Of a stretch of 64,000 nt of DNA, positions 23,895 to 33,921 are shown piece by piece. The position numbers were made by a program, and so were the translations under genes. Numbering within the stretch: position 1 is the stretch's first letter; every line of letters starts with the position of its first letter. The notes under the pieces were generated by a model. The model did no database searches. It was given only the letters and a program-made list of their open reading frames with translations, and was not told the DNA's origin. Source of the DNA: Eukaryota sp. TZLM1-RC (Eukaryota > Protista > Metamonada: BaSk clade); the NCBI GenBank assembly GCA_040285825.1, contig JAUPSS010000003.1, positions 3,348,001 through 3,412,000 on the forward strand, read 5' to 3'.

Positions 23895-24112
23895 ACTAGT
23901 AGAATGAATACGGTGAATTTCTACCAAAACGCACTTCTGGCTTTTGACCAATTCATGCAATCTTGATAGACGTTAAGCATACTTTAGATCTATCACTATA
24001 TGATATCACGATCAAATGATAGTTAAAGCAGCAACATCACAATACGCGTACAGTTAAAGCACTTATCTACACGGTCTCCGGAGCACCTCCGGTCTTTCAT
24101 TGCGGTAGTGCT
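23895..24112 (-). ncRNA. Candidate Fanzor omega RNA scaffold (second copy 24858-25075)
   Basis: Overlaps and follows the Fanzor stop. Stems GAGCAC/GTGCTC, CCGGAG/CTCCGG, TGATAGA/TCTATCA, GTAGAA/TTCTAC. Boundaries are inferred. Confidence 0.4.
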
Positions 24113-24783
24113 CACTTATGGCAATCTCCAGTTGGTTTCAGGGAGGCTGAGATGTCCCTCGACCAGAGTGTCTGACATTGAGGGCAAACAAACTTATCAT
24201 TGTGCACCATCCCATCATCGTGATACAACTTTTGATTGAATACCTGACAGCAATTCGTTTTGGCAGATGTGTAGAATTCATCTCCATTGGCCTTCACATA
24301 TGTAAAATGTTTCTGAATCTCCTTCAAAAAGCGCTTCCGTGGGGATTTCACAGCTTGTCTTGATGGCCCGTCACCTCCACTACCAAAACAAATTATGGTT
24401 TCTCTTCCATTAACCATTAGTTTAATTTTTTCAATAAATCCCATTATTCTTTTTTGCCTTCTTATAAAAAATTAAACTTGTTGCGGTGCTGGACTCGGCG
24501 ATCTACATTTATCAGTAGTTGGTCTTATATAGTTCTCGGACTGAAGTCGGGATTCCTGATTTCTTCCTGTGTCGGTACCCACATCAAAGGCTTTGCTATC
24601 TCATTAAGATATTTGTGTAAATTCTTAGCAAAATAGCAATTTAGTGATGCTTGGGCCAAGACAGGTGGTTGAATGATCTTCTGTGCCTTTGGATTTAGAA
24701 CAAGGTCCAAAAGTTGGTGGTCAACATTGTTATTATCTATTCTTGATCCAATTGAATAACCGCACAAATTTTTTCTGGTTGGA
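24063..24783 (-). pseudogene. Fanzor1 (eukaryotic TnpB-like) nuclease pseudogene, 3' part, copy 1
   Basis: IICFGSGG..P.K.F..DEFYTSAKTNCC..CPQCQTLWSRDISASL. A 1-nt repair continues as NQLEIAISEHYRNERPEVLRRPCR* (stop 24063-24065). Confidence 0.82.
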
Positions 24784-25025
24784 GGAGCAAGGAGGGAAGT
24801 ACGGTTGAGGTTACCATAAAATTAACTAAGGAGATGGGAAAGAATTGTTATCACACTACTAGTAGAATGAATACGGTGAATTTCTACCAAAACGCACTTC
24901 TGGCTTTTGACCAATTCATGCAATCTTGATAGACGTTAAGCATACTTTAGATCTATCACTATATGATATCACGATCAAATGATAGTTAAAGCAGCAACAT
25001 CACAATACGCGTACAGTTAAAGCAC

Positions 25026-25865
25026 TTATCTACACGGTCTCCGGAGCACCTCCGGTCTTTCATTGCGGTAGTGCTCACTTATGGCAATCTCCAGTTGGTT
25101 TCAGGGAGGCTGAGATGTCCCTCGACCAGAGTGTCTGACATTGAGGGCAAACAAACTTTTCATTGTTCACCATCCCATCATTGTGATACAACTTTTGATT
25201 GAATACCTTACAGCAATTCGTTTTGGCAGATGTGTAGAATTCATCTCCATTGGCCTTCACATATGTAAAATGTTTCTGAATCTCCTTCAAAAAGCGCTTC
25301 CGTGGGGATTTCACAGCTTGTCTTGATGGCCCATCACCTCCACTACCAAAACAAATTATGGTTTCTCTTCCATTAACCATTAGTTTAATTTTTTCAATAA
25401 ATCCCATTATTCTTTTTTGCCTTCTTATAAAAAAATAAACTTGTTGCGGTGCTGGACTCGGCGATCTCCATTTATCAGTAGTTGGTCTTATATAGTTCTC
25501 GGACAGAAGTCGGGATTCCCGATTTCTTCCTGTGTCGGTACCCACATCAAAGGCTTTGCTATCTCATTAAGATATTTGTGTAAATTCTTAGCAAAATAGC
25601 AATTTGGTGATGCTTGGGCCAAGACAGGTGGTTGAATGATCTTCTGTGCCTTTGGATTTAGAACAAGGTCCAAAAGTTGGTGGTCAACATTGTTATTATC
25701 TATTCTTGATCCAATTGAATAACCGCACAAATTTTTTCTGGTTGGAATCAATTGCACAAAATGAGTATTCAAATGGATCAACGGAAGGAGGCTCATAGGC
25801 GTCATCAGTTCTTCGACGTTGCCTAGGACGAACCTGTTGTTGAAGTCTCGAGTGTCGCTTTCGAA
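25026..25865 (-). pseudogene. Fanzor1 nuclease pseudogene, copy 2 (longer, internally deleted)
   Basis: Same RuvC-II, zinc finger and RuvC-III motifs plus upstream SLLPLIHLNTHFVQL. No RuvC-I D motif is visible. One stop and two frameshifts. Confidence 0.82.
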
Positions 25866-26630
25866 ATTATTTTCCAATTAATATTAAATTATTTAAATCT
25901 TTTTGACATCAGAATTAATGAAATGTTCGTTAGAAGAATCACAAGGGTCAATAGTCATGGCATCTACAACGATGCAGCTGCCATTCAAGACAGAAAGAAC
26001 CAACTCAACTCTTGTGAGACCCAAAGAGACTCTGTTGTAACTTCTACTATCAATACTGGGGTATTCAAGGATCAGTTTGATATCAATGGATCAAAATAGG
26101 AATCCTCTCTATAGGATTTGTCAAAGATCGGGTTTCTGAAATTTTACTTCACTTCTTGCTCTAAAAAAATATACTCGTCTTTTGGAACTCTGCTTCAATG
26201 GCAGCGTTGAATAAAAAGAGAACAAAAATCGTTTGTGGGTATGTGCAATTATTTTCATTTTGTTTTCCCAAGTTTATGACCAAAAATCTTTTGAATTTAA
26301 GATCAATAACGGCATTGAGAAGAACAATGCATTTCTCAAAGAATACAACTTCAATGGTCTTAGAGAACAGGAAAAACTTGGTAGAATGTTGGAGATCTTT
26401 AATTCTTTGAAAACAAAATGTGATTGTCCACATAAAAGAAAGCAACAAACAAAAATCCATTGAATATCGTTATCGTTGATTCGTCTATTCTAAAATGTTT
26501 TTGATCTTTAAAATTACATTTTCTAAGTCTTTCTTTTGTATTAATTGCGAATAAGTCCTACAAAAATTGGATTTTAAAAACTGGAAAAATTAAAGAACAA
26601 TTTATTGACAGAAAAAGTGTTGAAAAACAC

Positions 26631-28331
26631 CTAAAGAAACAAATTTTTAAAATTTTCGTCAATGTGAAAATGTTGACGCCTTCTTGACCGTCTTCTTGAC
26701 CTTGATTGATTATTTGATTGCTTTTGCTCGTTAGCAAATGCAGTTCTGGCAAAGCTGACGAGTTCCCACCTTGAAGAAAGTGTTTTAAGAGCGAACTGAT
26801 CCTTTAAACTTAATGTACATCTTTTGGTGGATAAACTTGGCACGGAATAGTCAATATATTCAAATTTTTCGTCAAATGTTCGGTAATATTGCAACAATTC
26901 AACAAAAGGATCGTTGATGATTGAAGATAAATGCTTGTTGAGCAAACCAAACTCAATTGTTGAAATTTTAAATAATTCAACAAAATGTCTACAATTGAGC
27001 TCAACTTCCTTATTAAATTTTGCAAGAGAAAGAGCAATTTGAAGATGATTGAGAAGAGACCGCTCTGTCCGAACCATTAAATTGTCCAAATTTTCAAACT
27101 TCCTGATAACTTCATCATGCATCTGAAAATTTTCCACAAAACAGGTTAAGAACACCCAAAAAGAAACAATTTTTGGTGGTCGAAGATTAAATTTAATATC
27201 ATAATCCAAATGAAACCTGTTAATAATCTTGCTGATTAATTGAGAATCACAAGATCTACCAATCAAAATTAAGGGTCGTTTAGATGATTGAATTAACTGG
27301 ATAATGACTTTTTCATCAATCTGATCATCACTGTCAAGATCATCAAGTATAATTACCCCCCTTTGATTGAGTCCACGTGATCTCGACTCCAAATTTTCAA
27401 AATTTGAGCAACTGTCTTGTTTTAAAAACATCAAAGACTTTGTAATTAATCCTTCGTGTATTGAATTGAACCATTCCTTGGAACGAACAATTTCACTCCC
27501 AAAGGTAAGACAATTGAAATTTATTAAACTGGTGATAAAAGAGATCAGTGAGCTCTTCTCTGACCCTGATGGACCTGTTATCAATAAGATTCGTTTTGGT
27601 GCTCCCAATATTTCGTCATCTGCTTCATCGTCAGAGGAGGGTAAATACTCTTCATCAATCACTTTATCAATCATTTTTTGATTGGATGATTCAAGAGATT
27701 TTCCAGACCCTTCGAGATCAGACTCAATTTGAAAGAAAAAAGAGCAAATGTCACGTACAATCCTAACTGTTGAAGGATCAATACTGCTCAAAAATTCAAA
27801 AATTTCAGAAAACGTCACCCCATTCTGTGAAATAATCTCTACTACTTTTTCACAAACAAGACAATTGCCCATAGATGCATGCTTCTCGGTGTAATAAAGA
27901 AGTGCAACAAGATGAGCCAAGGAGAGGTAGCGATCGGCAAGGGGTTTAAAGGGATCCATTAGACCGAGGAGACGAACAAGGTCAATGATACAGGTGGAGA
28001 GAGGGGCACCAATGGGAAGAGGGTCTAGAGGAGGTAATGGAAGAAGGGAAGAGGAAAAGTAGTGGGAGGGAGAATGTTGAAACCAACGGCAAGGTGAACA
28101 AGGAACGTGTGGAGAATGGTCGTCAGAATCAGAGGAGATGGAACCATCTGAGATATCAACAATGTCAGATGAAATAGATGAAGAAGCTTTGGGTGGAGAC
28201 TTTGGTGAAAGAGGGGAAGAAGCTTTGGGTGGAGACTGTGGGGAAGGTTGAGCACTTGATTTGGGAGATCTCCAGAAGTGTTCTAGCTTCGGTTGTTTAT
28301 GTGAAGATGGTGATGAAACACGGCGTTTCAT
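26631..28331 (-). CDS. ELG1/ATAD5-like RFC large-subunit paralogue (divergent AAA+)
   Basis: 566 aa from ATG 28331. LLITGPSGSEKS (Walker A variant), IVRS, VIILDDLD (Walker B), SSKRPLILI. Confidence 0.7.
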   Translation of the reverse strand: MKRRVSSPSSHKQPKLEHFWRSPKSSAQPSPQSPPKASSPLSPKSPPKASSSISSDIVDISDGSISSDSDDHSPHVPCSPCRWFQHSPSHYFSSSLLPLPPLDPLPIGAPLSTCIIDLVRLLGLMDPFKPLADRYLSLAHLVALLYYTEKHASMGNCLVCEKVVEIISQNGVTFSEIFEFLSSIDPSTVRIVRDICSFFFQIESDLEGSGKSLESSNQKMIDKVIDEEYLPSSDDEADDEILGAPKRILLITGPSGSEKSSLISFITSLINFNCLTFGSEIVRSKEWFNSIHEGLITKSLMFLKQDSCSNFENLESRSRGLNQRGVIILDDLDSDDQIDEKVIIQLIQSSKRPLILIGRSCDSQLISKIINRFHLDYDIKFNLRPPKIVSFWVFLTCFVENFQMHDEVIRKFENLDNLMVRTERSLLNHLQIALSLAKFNKEVELNCRHFVELFKISTIEFGLLNKHLSSIINDPFVELLQYYRTFDEKFEYIDYSVPSLSTKRCTLSLKDQFALKTLSSRWELVSFARTAFANEQKQSNNQSRSRRRSRRRQHFHIDENFKNLFL

Positions 28332-29418
28332 GAGGGTACAACCTGACAGTAGGTCCTTGAATAGCTGTGTTTGCCACTGGTATCCGAACAACTAATTTCT
28401 GAAATGAATAAGTCATCCTTCATTTGTTCACATTCTATTACTTTGCCTTGATTTGTTCTCTCTTGTCTAACATTTTACAGCATACTTGTTCGTTTGCAAT
28501 TTTGATCAATTGATTCATTCATATAAGAAAAATGTTGATCACAGACACTATTCTTGGACACAACATCCAGTGATTAACATAAAATATGATCAAGGTGATG
28601 GTTCCTCATCTTGTAGTTTGGTGATTTGCTTCATTCAGCTTCATTCACACCAAAACAAAATTGAGGCGAATAGTTTATGGTCACTGTTTGTGTTGAATGC
28701 ACCTCAGTAAAATACGCTTTATGTTATTGCCCTACTCATGTTGTTAGTATTCAGCTGACCTTTTGCACATGGCAAATAGGAGTCACAAGAACTTCAGATT
28801 CATGACTTACATTGGATAAGCCCTCGAGGGAAGAGAGCAAATCTTGACAGTATAATTGCATAATTGAACTGTTCAATTGTGATATTTTTTTCCCTCTCTT
28901 CAAAACCCCTTTGTTTTTTGGGGTATGAAAGATGTAGAATTTTAAGTTTGCTGTATAGTTTCTCGTTGGAATATAAAAAACAGCTAAAAAATTGTCATAT
29001 AGTAGGAACCAAAACAAACATAGTGGTCTAAAAGATCACTCAATACTGATACACCAATCGTATATGAAGGTGCACTCCATTCCAGGAGTTCCGTATTCTT
29101 GACCCAAATAAATAAGATTGATTCAACTGCAGCACGAATAAAAACAATTAAAATAGAAAACTTCAATCAAAATCAGCTTGAAAGGGAAACCATAGGACCA
29201 TTACAGAGGTCAATTGTCTCACTACACAGGCCGTTCCGTTCCATAGGTTATGATATTCCCGTTTTTCACCTAGTGGTTAACCTTTCACGTGACGTGTGAC
29301 CTTCAGTGTCGAGGGAAACCCTCTGTTGTCCATTTGTTGCACTGTAGAGTATGACAAAAGCCGATATCTTCCATCAGTATTCAAGGGCAAGTAACAGTGA
29401 CATTGTAAGTTTGCCACA

Positions 29419-29986
29419 ATGACATCCAGCTCACAATGCTCAATTTTCAGCCCTTCTCGAAAAGTCAAAAAAGATCCAAATAACGTTTTAGAAAAGGAAA
29501 TCTCAGAACAAAGTTGTATGTTGTGACTCAATGCAGCTGACGACAGTGTACAGAACGGAGATGTGGTAAGTCTCATAGTTTATACCTTGTTTATCACAGT
29601 AGATCTTTCATGGAACGAGGAATATGCAGTTTTGGAGCAAGCTGTGCTTTTGCCCACTCTGAAAAACAATTACGCCCACGAATCAGTCATCCAAAGTTTA
29701 AAACAGGTACGTACTTTTAATATGAGATTGACCCACAGAGCTTTGTAGATCCTACCACAGTCGTCCTTTTGTATGTTTGTATGGTTCCAGGTGTCGTTTT
29801 GTACATAGTGAAAACCCTCTTGTAAAGAACCGGACACGCTCTTCTTCAAAATGTGAATCAAGAGCTGTGATAATTAATGGCAACGATCGTCCTGTTATTG
29901 TTGTCGTCCCTAATTCAGATGAACCTCTCCTAGAAAGAGGACGGGACTCACCACGCCTACCATTCTTTAAAACCCTCACTACTTAA
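29419..29986 (+). CDS. Tristetraprolin/ZFP36-family tandem CCCH zinc-finger protein (4 exons, 156 aa)
   Basis: Exons 29419-29515, 29547-29565, 29600-29706, 29739-29986 give SLYRTEMCRSFMERGICSFGASCAFAHSEKQLRPRISHPKFKTELCRSYHSRPFVCLYGSRCRFVH...RLPFFKTLTT*. Introns are 31, 34 and 32 nt, all GT..CAG. The start codon is less certain. Confidence 0.9.
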
Positions 29987-30665
29987 TTTTCATTGTGTTC
30001 ATTGTGTAGCAAAAATACACTTTTGTACAGTATTTTTCATATTGTTTTGCAAATGCACAACCTAGTGTATCAACGACCTTTAAATGTTGTTGTTTGAAAA
30101 ATGTAATTGTTTTGGGGTGAGAGATTCTACTGTTGTTTGTAATTTGTGATGATGTTCCTGGTAAAACAAAATTTGATAGCTTCCCCTTTTACGTTTTTCT
30201 CAAAAAATATTTAAAACAAAACTGAAAAAAATGTATACTTTACTTACTTACAAAGTGTTAGAGATGCACTTCAGCTACTTTTGTAAGTATAGCTGAGAGT
30301 GATCAAGGGTCAAGAAGAGAGACTCACACCGTGTTTTTTTGGTGTGAGGCACAGATGGAACTGTTGAAGCGAAAAGGAACAGCAAACTTAGAACATATGG
30401 CCAATATGGTCATGACGACAGAACTTGCATAGAAGCTTAGACTACAGTAGTATTCATTCAGGTAATTATTATTTTAGGGGTTAAAACATGAGTAGAATAG
30501 TAGAATAGGTTTTGTTAATGTCAGAATTCCTAAGCTAGTTCGGCCAAACGTTCGGCAGCTATTGATACGTTCAATTAGTTCGGCATCTCAGTTGGTTTCA
30601 TTAATATCAAACCGCTGTTTATCTCTTCATTCCTTATACTATTACACTATCTATCAACCAACATT

Positions 30666-32683
30666 ATCCAATGTTTGTATGTCATTGGATTTTAGTAATG
30701 CTTTCAATTCACTAAGTCGTCGCAGTATCCATGATGCTCTATTGCAATATATGCCGGAATTAATACCGTATTTTCAATCAACATATTGCACATATTCTAA
30801 TTTAGAATATTTAATATTTAATATTTAATTTACAATTTTTTCTAATTTATTTTGTTAATTGCATTTTGAGTTCATCAAGTGGTGTAAAGCAAGGAGATCC
30901 GTTAGGACCTCTTTTGTTTTGTTTGGCCATTCATCCTATTTTACTGCAAATTCAAGAGATGTTTCCTTCACTAAAAATGATTACATATATGTATGATGTT
31001 GTGCTTATTGGTGATTTAAATATTGTGAAACAAGCAACTGTATGTTTTAAAGAATTATTTACCAAAATTGGTCTCCGACTTAATTTACTTAAATGTGTTT
31101 TGTTATCGAATTCTCCAGTTTCCACAATAGTTGATGGTATTGAAATTCAAGCCAAATTATATTCAATTGATGCTATTCGTCATTTGGGTTCGTTTTTAGG
31201 AAATAATGATGAAATTACCAAAAAATTGTTTGAAAAGTTGAACTCAATTTCTGACAAAATTGACCGAATGATGAATTTAGATATACAAAAACACATCAAA
31301 TTTACCATTATAAGACTGTGTTTTAGTTCCAATTTTAATCATATATTTCGATCTACAGATCCTCTAGTCACTAGACGTTTGGCTCAGAAGTTTAATGAAT
31401 TACGTGCAAAAGTTCTGTCTCAATTACTGGGATGTAAAATGTTCCAAATTCCAGATCATGCTTACCTTAGTCCACATTATGGCGGTTTAGGGTGGACGAA
31501 GGCTTCTATTCTTACCTCGTGTGCTTTTGTTGGTGGATGCAGAAATGCAATCTTTGAGTTTTCCGAAAGATGTGCAGATTGGGAAGATTTATTGATGACA
31601 ACGCAAAGTTCCACTGTTTTTGCATTAAATGAAGAAACTTCAAAAATTGATGTAGAAAAATGGGGTCGATGTTTTCCCCAATCATTCAATGGCAATATTC
31701 CAGAAAAAAATGTTTTAAATTTGAATTACACTCTTCGAACATTACAGAAAGGATTGACTGGAATGTATGAAAAAGATCTTTATAATAATATATGCAGCTC
31801 GGCTGTTTTAAATCAAGATCTTCACTCATTGTTATTGGAAAAGGGTGTTTGTGAAAACAAGTCGTCAGATTCTTCACTTTTTGTAACCATTGTACCACGA
31901 AGATTTGGATTGTGTGCCACTCATGAAGCATTCGTAACAAAAATGAAATTATATTTGAATATTCTCATTAATCAATTATTATCAAAAGAAAAATGTATTT
32001 GTTCGAATTCACCTCAACTCACTTTGCGCCATGCTCTGAATTGCTCTAAATTGATAACTTATCGTTCTTCATTACATGATGCTGTTAGAGACACTGTTTT
32101 CAATATGGCACAAACTGTAAGAATATCGTGTATCAAAGAGCCCCTGGTGAAGGAAACACTTTCTCTGAATAATTTTGGTTCTGATGATAGAGGTGATGTA
32201 TACTGTGATTGGATTGATAATTCTGAAGCTATTGTTGACTTTGTCTCATGTAATGTTGCAAATGATACTTTGGTTCTCAGAAGAAAACTTAATCCTGTGG
32301 CTGCTCTGGATTTTAAAGCAAAAGAGAAACATAGAAAATATGATAAAGATATTGAAGAGGCTAATGTCGATAGAAATACACAGCTGGTTTTTATTGCTTT
32401 CCCATTTACGATAAATGGAAGATTATCAGTTGAAGCAGAAACTTTTTTGGATGACTTCCAAAAAATGATGCAAGAAAAAGCAATGAAAAGATTTGATATT
32501 TTTTATAACGTTCACGGATTCAATTTGCCATTATTAATAGGTTACCTCGGTTTTTCAATCGAATTAGAGAAGCTTTAGCTAGACAGCAAGCAGATCAAGA
32601 TTTTGTAGAGGAAATCTTGGTTCAATGATAGTCGTCCCATTAGTCATGAGTTAATTGAATTAAGTGTGCAAATTCAATAAATA
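30666..32683 (+). mobile_element. Family A copy 3, 5'-truncated
   Basis: ORF 30866-32578 runs from RT to RLE without the 4-nt deletion. YMDD is mutated to YMYD, there is a late frameshift, and it ends in TGCAAATTCAATAAATA. Confidence 0.93.
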
Positions 32684-32992
32684 CCAACCAACAGAGAAAA
32701 CTTTTATTCAGAAAGTTCTACAACGTCTAAATCTAGGTCATTAACCCATTGATTAACCTAATACTTGAGGTAAATAAAAGAGATTTATGTGTGGAAACAG
32801 ATTCTTAAACAAATAGAACTACTACAGTAGTTGCAACGGGCAAAAGGGGTTCAGGAAATGTTTTCGAACAGAACCATGATGACACGTGTCTATGAACAAA
32901 AACTAGTTCGGCCAAAGGTTTGGAAGGGTTGCGAAAGTTTGGAATCCCAACATTGAGTTTGAAGAAAAATTTGTGAGCAATCCTTCCTTACA

Positions 32993-33599
32993 ATGTCCAC
33001 TCTTAAGGCTTTGTTCTTAGGGGATGAGTGGTACGTCTCTGATCTGCTCTCAGCGCAGTGTAGGGAAGACCTCTATAATCCACAAGTATTCAAGAAAACG
33101 TTTCGCAAAAAAATACCTTCCAACCATAGGTGATTATTATATAACTCGCAAGGTACAATGTAATCAACAGCACCTACTCCTCCAGATTTGGGATACTGCA
33201 CGAAAACCAAAGAACCGAAGGGTTGGGTATAGTCATTATAAAAATGTTGATGTAGTGATATTGGTCTTTGATCTAACGAATCGTGACTCGTTCGATGTAT
33301 TGGATTCATGGATGAAAGAATTTCATGAAGTCCAAGGTTCTCAAAGACATGTCCCCTTTGTTGTTGTTGGCAACAAATTGGATTTGGATCATCAACGTTG
33401 TGTTACTAATGGTGATGTTAGTGAATGGATGGCAAGCCATAACAACATGACCTTTTACACAGTTTCCGCTAAAGAAAATATTGGTGTTGACCAACTGTTT
33501 ACTGTTGTGACTGAAAAGGCGATCGAATCTAGAGGAAACCCTAGTGATCTGTATATTAATGAGCCAAGTGACTGTAAGGGTTGTTGTATATTATTGTAA
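32993..33599 (+). CDS. Divergent Rab7-like small GTPase (2 exons)
   Basis: A 28-nt intron at 33031-33058 restores MSTLKALFLGDECVGKTS. Also YLPTIG, LQIWDTA, GNKLDL, SAK; C-terminal CCILL. Confidence 0.85.
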
Positions 33600-33921
33600 A
33601 TAGGTTAAAGTACAAATCAATTGGAACAATGAGAAATTGTAAATTAAAATGTTTTGTAGCATATCTTTTAGGAAGATTCTGACAAGAAGCATTCTATGGA
33701 CGTATTGTCAAAAATGGAAAATTAATACAAATCATATCAGCAAGTTATAAAATTCGATCAATTTCAGGGAATTTTGGAATAAAAGTTAAGATTCAAGGTC
33801 AAAGCCTTCTTGGGTAAGAAAAAAGAAGCAGAAAGAAAGAAAGAAATAAGTCACTTGTACACGATCAATAGTGTAGGAGAAATGACAGACAGCCTTTGAA
33901 CCTTGAATTATTTTGAATTTC

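Larger units (their letters stand above)
23822..25746. repeat. Direct tandem duplication, 963-bp period (23822-24783 / 24785-25746)
   Basis: Units align without gaps. About 10 substitutions counted by eye, all within 24196-24643 of unit 1. Confidence 0.95.

Noticed and set aside
24112-25877. ORFs 24112-24444, 24525-24767, 25075-25545 and 25488-25877 as functional small genes
   Set aside because: They are frameshifted pieces of one Fanzor reading frame lacking RuvC-I.
25900-26560. N-terminal continuation of Fanzor or its carrier transposase
   Set aside because: Only short ORFs without recognisable motifs; the Fanzor-like frame ends in AT-rich DNA at ~25870.
28400-29400. Short ORFs between the ELG1-like and TTP-like genes
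   Set aside because: No recognisable domain and no consistent intron model could be built.
30804-30848. RT insertion as an intron
   Set aside because: No GT..AG boundaries, unlike the five clear introns in the window.
30441-32920. Short matches flanking family A copy 3 (ACTACAGTAGT, CTAGTTCGGCCAAA) as a TSD or MITE
   Set aside because: Not adjacent to the element ends and too short to define an element.
33024-33058. ORF-track start of the GTPase (MSGTSLICSQRS)
   Set aside because: It reads through the intron and lacks the P-loop glycine. The spliced model from 32993 restores it.
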